This document shows, piece after piece, positions 50,819 to 58,707 of a stretch of 58,707 nt of DNA. The stretch lies in IMG/VR virus record IMGVR_UViG_2974696732_000001. One strand, given 5' to 3'. Origin of the DNA: a virus (taxonomy: Duplodnaviria > Heunggongvirae > Uroviricota > Caudoviricetes). Under the pieces are notes generated by a model. It was not told where the DNA came from. It made no database searches and saw only the letters and a list, made by a program, of their open reading frames with translations. Every line of letters starts with the position of its first letter. Positions within the stretch are counted from its first letter, which is position 1. A program made the position numbers and the translations under genes.

Positions 50819-51219
50819 GTGAGCAGATTACTCGTGAGAAGCTAAACCAGATGACTTCTAACGACCAGTATATCTTCGAGAATCAGCCTAATGCATTCTA
50901 CAATGCTCACGGAATCAAGAAGACTTCTGGTCTCAAGATTATGGCTGGTTACGTTTACATTAAGGGTGGAAAGGCCCGGCACTACGAGAAGGCTGTATAC
51001 TTTGGTAACTTCTTCTCAGTAGGATGTAAGCCAGTAATCGTAACGGGTCAGGTCATTCAGAAGCAGTCACGAATTCACTGTATCATTCGTGGCCTAACTG
51101 GAGAATACTGGCCAGACCACAGAGGCTTTACGGCTGTCGTTGACTCAGATGAGCTTAGCTCAAAGTCAAACTATTTCCACTACGGCGTGAATGTTCAGTT
51201 CATTGCTGTCGGATACTGA
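50779..51219 (+). CDS. Minor tail/virion protein
   Basis: YKPTSWSVGEQITREKLNQM; RBS AAGGAG before TTG. Confidence 0.7.
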   Translation: MATTPYKPTSWSVGEQITREKLNQMTSNDQYIFENQPNAFYNAHGIKKTSGLKIMAGYVYIKGGKARHYEKAVYFGNFFSVGCKPVIVTGQVIQKQSRIHCIIRGLTGEYWPDHRGFTAVVDSDELSSKSNYFHYGVNVQFIAVGY

Positions 51220-51497
51220 TGTACAGACCAATTCGTAATTGGCACAATCGTAAGAGAATCGTCTCAGACGATGGCTACATCCTTGTCCATGCTCCAGAAC
51301 ACCCAAAGTCATTCAATGGCGGATGGTACTATGAGCACCGAATGGTTTTTGAGGCCAAGCTAGGACGTTTGCTTCGCAAGGACGAGACTGTACACCACAT
51401 TGGAATCAAGACTGACAACAGCCAAAGAAACCTGTTCCTTTGCACGTGGGAGGAGCATGACAGGCTCAATCGACAGGAAGCCTTGACACGAAGATGA
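51219..51497 (+). CDS. Small HNH endonuclease
   Basis: DGYILVHAPEHP...YYEHRMV...ETVHH...NLFL. Confidence 0.8.
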   Translation: MYRPIRNWHNRKRIVSDDGYILVHAPEHPKSFNGGWYYEHRMVFEAKLGRLLRKDETVHHIGIKTDNSQRNLFLCTWEEHDRLNRQEALTRR

Positions 51498-51511
51498 TGA
51501 CCTGTTAGACT
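51483..51511 (+). promoter_or_regulatory. Promoter
   Basis: TTGACA-17-TAGACT. Confidence 0.8.
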
Positions 51512-51539
51512 CGTCCTTACGACAAGGAAAGGAACAAGT

Positions 51540-52301
51540 ATGTCTAAGGACATGACATGGCTGTTCGCTTCTGATATTCATTTCCCCCACCATGATGAGC
51601 GAATGGTCTCACTCTGGTTTGATGTACTCAAGTATCTCAAGCCTGGCGCTGTGGACCTTCCTGGTGACATTGATGATGCAGAAGAGACGAGCCGGTGGGT
51701 AGAGGGAACGAGCAAAGAAGGCTTTTCCCTGAACTATCCTGGCATTCAGCTCACACGCAAGTTCCAGGCGGACATCCATGAGATTGTCCCTGATGCAGAC
51801 AAGCATTTCCATGACGGAAATCACGGCTGGTATCGTCACGAAAAGTGGCTGGACAAGAATGCCTCATTCACTCTAACTGATGGTGTATACTCACCAGAGG
51901 TGCTGTATGAGCACAGCAAGTACGGATTCCAGTGGCATGATTACGCTGACCAAGCGGTTCATCGCTATGGAGACATCTACGTCCATCATGGCGATAGCAT
52001 TTCAAAGCACGCTGGTGAATCTGTGCGCAACGATGTCGAGAACTGGGGCGTGTCCCTTGTTCGTGGTCATTCTCATCGAATGGGTGTGTACAACCGAACC
52101 TTTGACCTGACTGGGGAAACTCGTCGTGGTTACGAAATCGGTCACATGTGCGACACCAAGCAGATGGGATACGACCGGACAAGGAACTGGCAGCCAGGGT
52201 TCGCCTATGGTATCGTAGCCAGTACAGGTGAAGTCTTCATCGACCTCGTACCCATCATCAACTACACATGCGTAATCGGAACAAAGGTATTCCGAGGATA
52301 A
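51540..52301 (+). CDS. Calcineurin-like metallophosphoesterase
   Basis: SDIH, GDIDD, DGNH, HGD, GHSH motifs. Confidence 0.88.
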   Translation: MSKDMTWLFASDIHFPHHDERMVSLWFDVLKYLKPGAVDLPGDIDDAEETSRWVEGTSKEGFSLNYPGIQLTRKFQADIHEIVPDADKHFHDGNHGWYRHEKWLDKNASFTLTDGVYSPEVLYEHSKYGFQWHDYADQAVHRYGDIYVHHGDSISKHAGESVRNDVENWGVSLVRGHSHRMGVYNRTFDLTGETRRGYEIGHMCDTKQMGYDRTRNWQPGFAYGIVASTGEVFIDLVPIINYTCVIGTKVFRG

Positions 52302-52304
52302 AGA

Positions 52305-52354
52305 TAAGACCTCCCATGCTATAATGAAAGAAAAAGCAAGGGAGGTTAAGTCTT
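52305..52354 (+). promoter_or_regulatory. Holin promoter plus anti-SD hairpin
   Basis: Extended -10 TGcTATAAT (52317-52325); ACCTCCC (52309-52315) pairs with GGGAGGT (52340-52346). Confidence 0.7.
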
Positions 52355-52702
52355 TTGGGTAAGTACGCCAAGTTCGCTATGGGAGTCGTTGCTACAGTTC
52401 TAACTGCTGTGGTAGGATTCGCTGGCGGAGGTATTACTGACGTAGAATGGATTAACGTCGCTATCGCTGGTGTAGGTTCTGCTTCTGTATTTGCTGCTCC
52501 TAATGTACCAGGTTCACGATACACTAAGTCTATTCTCGCAGTTCTCACAGCAGTTCTGGCATTCCTTACTTCCGCTATTCTTGGTGGAATCTCCCCTGTT
52601 GAGTGGGGCCAGATTGGAATCCTAGCACTGGGTGCTCTTGGTATTTACGCTGTCCCTAACAAGGTTGGCGATTCAGTACAGGGAGTACGACTTGAACCAT
52701 AA
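52355..52702 (+). CDS. Holin-like membrane protein
   Basis: Four hydrophobic helices in two repeats (G.IT/S.VEW...A.PN). Confidence 0.7.
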   Translation: MGKYAKFAMGVVATVLTAVVGFAGGGITDVEWINVAIAGVGSASVFAAPNVPGSRYTKSILAVLTAVLAFLTSAILGGISPVEWGQIGILALGALGIYAVPNKVGDSVQGVRLEP

Positions 52703-52871
52703 GAAGTGCGGTGGACGAGTGTTCATCGATAGAGTCTTTTCAGATAAGACTCATCTAGAATTGGCCTGCATTGAATGCGGAGCCAGATGGATGCTTGACA
52801 AAACCAAGAATAAGCTTGCCCAGTGGCTGATGGCGAGAGAGAAGAACCACTCTGCCCAGTTTGCTCGGTAA
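52692..52871 (+). CDS. Small zinc-ribbon protein
   Basis: HKKCGG...CIECG; RBS GGGAG before TTG 52692. Confidence 0.7.
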   Translation: MNHKKCGGRVFIDRVFSDKTHLELACIECGARWMLDKTKNKLAQWLMAREKNHSAQFAR

Positions 52872-52928
52872 AGGACAGGATGCTATACTCGACATAGCGC
52901 TCCCCTGCGTACGCAAGTGCGCAGGGGA
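52861..52928 (+). promoter_or_regulatory. Replication-operon promoter with a 5' GNRA hairpin
   Basis: TTGCTC-17-TATACT; TCCCCTGCGTAC-GCAA-GTGCGCAGGGGA. Confidence 0.7.
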
Positions 52929-52948
52929 CATTATTGTTTGGAGACCAA

Positions 52949-53464
52949 ATGGGAAAAGAAAATCGTACTGGGAAGAGAAATCCAAATCGATACTTCTTTC
53001 TCGATGGCGTCCCTCACAAGAAACTACAAATCAATCGCGGAGCAGACCTACTGCTCGCGTGGAATTATATTGAACGCAAGCGAGTTGCGTATGTATGGTC
53101 AGTGGCCAGAAAGAACATGAAGAAGGCGTTTCTCAGCAAAGATGTGATGCGTATGCTCAATCGTCATAGAAACAGTCTTCATCTCTACATTCATGAACAG
53201 CAAATCAAAACTCCTTTCAAGACCTATTCTCTGGACGGAAAATTCAATCCAGGGATGTATCTGTGGTCTGAGAAGGATATTCTCGACCTTCATGAATTGC
53301 TCATAAGCAGAGGATACGGCCGGAAGCGTAAGGATGGACTTCCCACTGCTTCACGACTTCCCTCAAGAGCTGAGCTACTTGCCATGATGCGCAACGATGT
53401 GGTTCTATACACGAAGACCCGTGATGGTGAATTCACACCAGTATGGCAAGAGAAAGATTGGTGA
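52949..53464 (+). CDS. Probable HTH (MerR/excisionase-like) DNA-binding protein
   Basis: FLSKDVMRMLNRHRNSLHLY...YLWSEKDI; basic. Confidence 0.55.
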   Translation: MGKENRTGKRNPNRYFFLDGVPHKKLQINRGADLLLAWNYIERKRVAYVWSVARKNMKKAFLSKDVMRMLNRHRNSLHLYIHEQQIKTPFKTYSLDGKFNPGMYLWSEKDILDLHELLISRGYGRKRKDGLPTASRLPSRAELLAMMRNDVVLYTKTRDGEFTPVWQEKDW

Positions 53465-53467
53465 CAC

Positions 53468-53758
53468 ATGGCGCAGGCCAAGTATACTCCATTTGGAGAC
53501 AGGCTGAATCCCTCAATTGCAATTGTTCAGGCAGCTAATGCTTTGGATATCGCAGCCAAGTTTGCAGTGGAGTCAAAGGACACTGACACTCTAGTTAGAG
53601 TAGCTAGGGAGTGGGTTGAAATCAGTGGCCGTCTGGTGTACGATGACGAAGAAGAGGACGACATCCCCCAGGAGAAGGAGGAAGGTCGTCCGTTTGGTTT
53701 CTCAGTGACGAGCGACATTGGAGAGGAGGACGCTGAGGATGACAGTAGTGAAGGGTAA
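53468..53758 (+). CDS. Hypothetical protein
   Basis: Operon packing; ends in an acidic tail. Confidence 0.7.
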   Translation: MAQAKYTPFGDRLNPSIAIVQAANALDIAAKFAVESKDTDTLVRVAREWVEISGRLVYDDEEEDDIPQEKEEGRPFGFSVTSDIGEEDAEDDSSEG

Positions 53759-53930
53759 TATCACTTACACCCACAATCTTGGAAATTTCAGGAGCGTGAA
53801 GGTTGACGTTGGTATTGAGGATACGGTCCGAGAAGGCGAGAGTGTTGACCAGGCTTTTGAGCGAGTATTCAACAAGCTCGAAGACCAGCTAGGCACTCGT
53901 GTTGCGAAGGCGGTAGATGAACTAGGATGA
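53739..53930 (+). CDS. Hypothetical protein (NLGNFRSVKVDVG motif)
   Basis: RBS GAGG before ATG 53739. Confidence 0.75.
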   Translation: MTVVKGNITYTHNLGNFRSVKVDVGIEDTVREGESVDQAFERVFNKLEDQLGTRVAKAVDELG

Positions 53931-54292
53931 CCAGGAAGCAGAAGAGTCCAAGGGCTAAGGCATTCGAGCTAATCGGCGTCTACAAAAAGCTCTATCGTGA
54001 GAAGTACGGCAAGAACCCTATGATTAACAGCAATGTTCTACAGTGGGGTTTCATGGCTGCTATTGATGACCTGGAGTACGCAAACGCACGTAAGGCGCTC
54101 GAATACTTCTTCACTTGCGAATCTCCTGGTCATGACGTTCAGGTCTTCCTGAACAAGTATGATAAGCTCCATGAGAACAGGCTGAGGGTTGAAGAAGATG
54201 CCCGGAAGCGAGTAGAGCGTCTACGTAAGACGGCAGCACTAGTTGCTGCACTTGATAAGAAGGAAAAGGAGGCAACGAGTGGCGAGCACTGA
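53927..54292 (+). CDS. Hypothetical replication-associated protein
   Basis: ATGA overlap; immediately upstream of the helicase. Confidence 0.7.
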   Translation: MTRKQKSPRAKAFELIGVYKKLYREKYGKNPMINSNVLQWGFMAAIDDLEYANARKALEYFFTCESPGHDVQVFLNKYDKLHENRLRVEEDARKRVERLRKTAALVAALDKKEKEATSGEH

Positions 54293-55499
54293 GGCAAAGC
54301 TCATCAGTTCCATTTGCCGTTCTAAGCAAGTGGGAGCCCTACTCGCTGATAACGTTGACGACCTCTTTGTAGCGCACAAGGATGTCTGGATTGGACTGCG
54401 TAAGTATTACATGCAGTTCAAGGCAATTCCAGACATCTCTGTGTTGCAGGAGCGTTACGCTCTACTTGAGGACATTGACGTAAAGGGCGAGCCTGAGTTC
54501 TATCTAGACGAACTCAAGGGCGAATATCTTCGAAGCCGAATGGTCAGCATCATGGACAAGGCGGACACTGCTCTATCAGCAGAGGCTCCAGCCCGAGTTC
54601 TTGCAAAGCTGTCTGCTGAGCTTGGCAAGCTCAACCGCTTCACAAACAATGTACGAGACCTGGACCTTACAGACTATGAGTCTGCTGAGCGACACTTTGA
54701 GGTTGTTCGTGAACGCGCGGCAGCAAATGGTTCACCTGGTATTCCTACTGGAATCAAGGCAATCGACGCTGCATATCCTACAGGCATGGCACCTGGTCAC
54801 CTCATCGTGGCCATTGGTTGGCCTGGTAAGGGTAAGACTTGGTTCACTTCCTATCTAGCCTGCAAGGCGTGGGAGCGTGGATTCAAGCCGATGATTGTCT
54901 CTCTTGAGATGTCACCTGAGAACATGCGAGACCGAATCTATACTCTTATGGGTTCTGGTCTGTTCTCAGCCACTGACTTTGCAAGGGGACAGATTGACAT
55001 TGACAACTTCCGAGCATGGGGTCAGAAGAAGCTGGTTGACAAGCCAGAATTCATCATTGTCTCCAATGAGGGTGTTGGCGATGTCACGCCGAACACTGTT
55101 CAGGCTAAGATTGAGCAGCATCGTCCAGACATCGTAATCTGTGACTACCACCAGCTATTTACGAACAACAACCGAAGCAACTCTCCTGTAGAGCGAGCAA
55201 TGGGTGTTTCTCGTGAATTCAAGCAGCTCGCCATCACGAATAACATTCCTCTGATTGACATCACTGCTGCAACGGCTGACGACACGAACAGCACGAAGAC
55301 TGCTCCGATGCTCAACCAGGTTGCATGGTCCAAGGCTATCGAGTACGATGCTGACATGGCCTTTGCGGTCCATCGTGACCCTGACAGTGGCCTCATGCAG
55401 GTCATTTGCAGGAAGAACCGTCACGGCTCAGACTTTGAGTTTGAGATTGACGCAGACCTCGACAAGGGTGTCTGGAAGGAATCCTACGGCGGTTTCTGA
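54279..55499 (+). CDS. dnaB: DnaB-like replicative helicase
   Basis: GIPTG, Walker A GWPGKGKT, SLEM, CDYHQL, IEYDAD, KNRHG; RBS AGGAGG before GTG 54279. Confidence 0.92.
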   Translation: MASTEAKLISSICRSKQVGALLADNVDDLFVAHKDVWIGLRKYYMQFKAIPDISVLQERYALLEDIDVKGEPEFYLDELKGEYLRSRMVSIMDKADTALSAEAPARVLAKLSAELGKLNRFTNNVRDLDLTDYESAERHFEVVRERAAANGSPGIPTGIKAIDAAYPTGMAPGHLIVAIGWPGKGKTWFTSYLACKAWERGFKPMIVSLEMSPENMRDRIYTLMGSGLFSATDFARGQIDIDNFRAWGQKKLVDKPEFIIVSNEGVGDVTPNTVQAKIEQHRPDIVICDYHQLFTNNNRSNSPVERAMGVSREFKQLAITNNIPLIDITAATADDTNSTKTAPMLNQVAWSKAIEYDADMAFAVHRDPDSGLMQVICRKNRHGSDFEFEIDADLDKGVWKESYGGF

Positions 55500-55792
55500 T
55501 GCACAGCAATGTCAAAAGGTTTCAGGTGGACGGCATTATCAATGATGATGCTGATTTTCCACGGCTGAGAGCACAATTCGAAGACATGCTGGTTAAAGAA
55601 ATGCGCGGCAGCGGATATGTTCCTGTCCTTGACCTAGGACCCTATTTCTCAACTGAATATCAAAAGAACAAATACAACTTTGTCATAACGGCCTATGGAA
55701 TATACGTTGGGAGGAGAAAGGCTTGGGAAATACAAGGGATAACCAATGGGCGACCAGTATCTATGATTACACCGAAGAACAAATCGCGGTAG
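55499..55792 (+). CDS. Hypothetical protein
   Basis: TGATG coupling; GYVPVLD motif. Confidence 0.7.
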   Translation: MHSNVKRFQVDGIINDDADFPRLRAQFEDMLVKEMRGSGYVPVLDLGPYFSTEYQKNKYNFVITAYGIYVGRRKAWEIQGITNGRPVSMITPKNKSR

Positions 55793-56787
55793 TCATTCAG
55801 GGAATTGGCGTAGAAGTAGATGGCGAGACGGGAAACGACTTTCTCTGCTACTGCCCTTTCCATGGAAACACTGATACTCCAAGCTTTTCTGTTTCCAAGC
55901 GTAACGGTACCTACATCTGCTTCAACGCTGCCTGTGCAGAACAGGGAAACCTGACTGGACTGGTTCAACGCCTACGTAAGTGCAATATGATGGAGGCCCT
56001 TCGCTTCGTAATGAAGCACAAGGACACTCGGCATGTTACTCTTGCTGAACGCAGAGAAAAGCGACTGGCGCGCGGAGGAGAGTTCAACATCTTTCCTGAC
56101 GCGCCTTTTGAGCGCATGTACAATGACTTCTGGGAGTATCCAGAAGCCGTAAGGTACATGGTTGAAGAAAGAGGATTTGAAGAGGAAACTCTTCACCACT
56201 TCAAGATTGGCTATTCTGCCAAGAATGACATGGTGATTGTTCCAATGCATTCACCAGATGGTCAACACGTTGGGCTTATCGGTCGTTCAATTGAAGGGAA
56301 GCGATTCAAGAATTCACCTGGCCTTCCAGTTAGTCGTACTCTCTGGAATCTGAATAGAGCAAAAGCGGCCGGTGATGCAGTGGTCATCACAGAAGCCTCT
56401 TTCGACAGTATGAGAGTCCATCAAGCTGGCTATCCTTGTACGGTAGCATTGTTGGGAGGACATCTCAGCCTCTTGCATATCGAACTGCTCAATAGGTATT
56501 TCAATACTCTCATCATCATGACAGACTTTGATGACAAGAGTCAGCACATATCTCCAGTTTGCAAGAAGTGTCGTGGCAAGTGTGAAGGCCACAACCCTGG
56601 CAGGGACCTTGGTAAACTGATTGTAGACTCCTTTCCTCGCAAGCGAGTTCTTTGGGCGTCACACGGTTACAAGGAAGTTTATCCGGATTCAGCAAAGGAC
56701 CCTGGTATGCTTTCCGATAAGGAAATCAAGACCTGTGTTCAGAACGCTGTGTCCAACTTCGAATACAGGAGATGGGGCTTGTACTAA
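55723..56787 (+). CDS. dnaG: DNA primase (CHC2 zinc finger + TOPRIM)
   Basis: CPFHGNTDTPSF...CFNAAC; TEASFD; MTDFD. Confidence 0.9.
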   Translation: MGNTRDNQWATSIYDYTEEQIAVVIQGIGVEVDGETGNDFLCYCPFHGNTDTPSFSVSKRNGTYICFNAACAEQGNLTGLVQRLRKCNMMEALRFVMKHKDTRHVTLAERREKRLARGGEFNIFPDAPFERMYNDFWEYPEAVRYMVEERGFEEETLHHFKIGYSAKNDMVIVPMHSPDGQHVGLIGRSIEGKRFKNSPGLPVSRTLWNLNRAKAAGDAVVITEASFDSMRVHQAGYPCTVALLGGHLSLLHIELLNRYFNTLIIMTDFDDKSQHISPVCKKCRGKCEGHNPGRDLGKLIVDSFPRKRVLWASHGYKEVYPDSAKDPGMLSDKEIKTCVQNAVSNFEYRRWGLY

Positions 56788-56862
56788 CAAGCCTTCATCT
56801 GCTACAATAGACATTAGCAGGCTCCAGGTAGCCTCAAATTCACACAGGAGATAATAAACTAA

Positions 56863-57660
56863 ATGGGAACTCTTAAGGGACTAGCAGCTATCCGCGCTTT
56901 CTCAGAGCAGCAGGCGCAGGCAGCAAAGGACCGTGAGGATAGGCTCAATGCTCCAAAGGTTGAGTATCTGAACCTTACCGATGGTCAGAGCGTTCGTGTT
57001 CGCTTTCTACAGGAAGTGGACGCTGAGGCAGAGAATTACGACAAGGCACGTGGTACCGGCACCCTAGCCGTAGAGCATGTTGTATTTGTAAAGTCTCTGC
57101 GTCGTATGTACCGTGCTACTTGTACAATGGAAGACGAGGGTCGCTGCTACGGCTGTGAGCGTGCTCGTGCCGGTGACAAGGAGTTCGTACAGAAGCGTAA
57201 CTTCTACATCAATGCACTTGTGGACTTCATGGATGGCAATGAGCCAAAGACCATGATTGTTTCTCGTGGTATGGGTTCAACCTTCTTCGCTCAGATTCTG
57301 GACGAAGTTGAGCCTGACACGCCTGACGGTCCACCTAACTCACTTACTGCCATGAACTACAAGATTACTCGACGTGGTTCAGGCACCGACACGAAGTGGC
57401 TGCTTAAGGCACTTCCAAAGGATGAGCCTCTGGACGACTCTGAGGCCGTCGTGCACAACATCGATGACGAGAAGAACGGCATCATCAGGAGCTTCCCTTA
57501 CGAGGCTACCTCTGAGAAGGCTTCTCAGGAGCAGTATTTCAATGGCGAGACCTACAACGACAAGAGTGAAAGCTCTGGTTCTGATTCAGGTTCCGCTGGC
57601 TCTGCTTCCACGTCAAAGCCTAGCGGTAACGCTGGCTACAACATGGATGAGTCCTGGTAA
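56863..57660 (+). CDS. Single-stranded DNA-binding protein (gp32-like)
   Basis: VRVRFL, C...C.GC, YKITRRGSGTDTKW, acidic C-tail; terminator at 57667-57684. Confidence 0.8.
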   Translation: MGTLKGLAAIRAFSEQQAQAAKDREDRLNAPKVEYLNLTDGQSVRVRFLQEVDAEAENYDKARGTGTLAVEHVVFVKSLRRMYRATCTMEDEGRCYGCERARAGDKEFVQKRNFYINALVDFMDGNEPKTMIVSRGMGSTFFAQILDEVEPDTPDGPPNSLTAMNYKITRRGSGTDTKWLLKALPKDEPLDDSEAVVHNIDDEKNGIIRSFPYEATSEKASQEQYFNGETYNDKSESSGSDSGSAGSASTSKPSGNAGYNMDESW

Positions 57661-57743
57661 CAAGTTGCCCCGCTTCGGCGGGGCTTCTTGCGTCTCCGGT
57701 CCTCATCTGATAGAGTGGACCTACAACAACAAGGAAGGTTTCA

Positions 57744-58707
57744 ATGACTCAGACTGTTGAACTTCACCTTCACGACCATTACTCCTCCATGGACGGAACC
57801 AATACTGCTGCTGAGTATATGGTTCGTGCCAAGGAATTGGGAATGACGCACCTTGCCCAGACAAATCACGGTACCCTTGGTGGTCACCGCGAGTTTCAGC
57901 AAGCTGCGATGGATGCAGGTATTGTTCCAATTCTCGGTGTAGAAGCTTATATCTCACCGACCGACCGCTTTGACAAGCGCTCCAAGGCGCTTCGCTCTGA
58001 CGGCACAAATGCATATAACCACCTCATCATTCTGGCTCAGAATGAAACTGGTCTACAGACTCTCAACCGAATCAACCGTGTTGGATGGACCGAGGGCTTT
58101 TACTCAAAGCCTCGTATCGACATGGAAGTGCTGGAGAATGACAATGAGGGTCTGATTGTTCTTTCTGGGTGCCTCAATGGACTCATCTGTAAGGCAATCG
58201 AGGCCGGTAATCTTGAAGAGGCTATGGCTATTGCTGACCGATTCAAGAGTATCCTTGGCGACCGATTCTTCATCGAAGTTCAGGGTCACAACCCTAAGAG
58301 TATGAACGAGGCTCTTTTCAAGATTGCTGACGAAAAGGGGATTCTTCCTGTCGTCACGTCTGACTGCCACTATGCTCGTAAGGAAGACCTGTGGATTCAG
58401 GAAGCTATGCTCATCCTGTCCACGAATCCTAAGAAGAACAAGGACGCTGAGCTGTCCAAGTCACAGAAGATGGACATGCTTGAGCGGTTCAATTACCTGT
58501 ACCCTGACCGCAAGATGACTTTTGAGAAGATTGAGATTTATCTTCATGACGCTCAGGAGCATCGAGATGCATTCAAGGCTCAGGGGTTTGACCGTGAGGA
58601 CATCATTACCAATACGCATGTCGTAGCAGACATGATTGGTGATTATCCTTTTCATCGTGGTCTGGACCTTCTTCCTCGTCCGAAGGATGGAAATCCTGAT
58701 GACATTC
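57744..58707 (+). CDS. dnaE: DNA polymerase III alpha subunit, N-terminal PHP domain (runs off the window)
   Basis: ELHLHDHYSSMDG, AQTNHG, ILGVEAY, YNHLIILA, KPRID, SGCLNG, TSDCHY. Confidence 0.92.
   Translation, partial: MTQTVELHLHDHYSSMDGTNTAAEYMVRAKELGMTHLAQTNHGTLGGHREFQQAAMDAGIVPILGVEAYISPTDRFDKRSKALRSDGTNAYNHLIILAQNETGLQTLNRINRVGWTEGFYSKPRIDMEVLENDNEGLIVLSGCLNGLICKAIEAGNLEEAMAIADRFKSILGDRFFIEVQGHNPKSMNEALFKIADEKGILPVVTSDCHYARKEDLWIQEAMLILSTNPKKNKDAELSKSQKMDMLERFNYLYPDRKMTFEKIEIYLHDAQEHRDAFKAQGFDREDIITNTHVVADMIGDYPFHRGLDLLPRPKDGNPDDI

Noticed and set aside
1-58707. Integrase, attP, repressor/lysogeny module, reverse transcriptase/DGR, introns or inteins in nrdJ, dnaB or dnaE
   Set aside because: No such motifs seen. 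nrdJ and dnaB are uninterrupted and of normal length; only the 5' part of dnaE is visible.

Overview
This window is the left ~59 kb of a large lytic siphophage of an actinomycete host. The gene content and order resemble the big terminally redundant Streptomyces phages (SEA-PHAGES clusters BE/BK); this is an inference from gene content, with no database search. (1) 1-10.6 kb: a mostly non-coding end, then a leftward early/host-takeover region built as an array of modular cassettes. It has 17 HrdB/sigma70-type promoters (14 with the -10 hexamer TAGACT), 12 GC hairpins (9 with cUNCGg loops) and about 17 copies of a 15-bp palindrome TGTCCG-N3-CGGACA. These separate small genes, including DUF932, L7/L12-like, Lsr2-like, gp88-like and ParB-like proteins and several ORFs below the track cut-off. 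(2) 10.8-16.4 kb: leftward thyX, a DUF2637-like membrane protein whose gene carries 13 TGTCAC repeats, dps, tRNA-Thr(CGT), a membrane-anchored HNH and a lytic transglycosylase. (3) 16.4-52.7 kb: rightward glycosyltransferase, class II RNR, HNH, endolysin, portal, protease/scaffold, capsid, neck, tail, tape measure, tail fibre and holin. (4) 52.9-58.7 kb: helicase, primase, SSB and a truncated DnaE. Best leads: the cassette/operator array; three promoter-to-terminator units with no ORF (candidate sRNAs); the same anti-Shine-Dalgarno lock on endolysin and holin; the repeat-containing membrane DNA-binding gene; a nested scaffold start; and a probable CTG start for the tape measure gene. All family assignments are motif recognition by eye.
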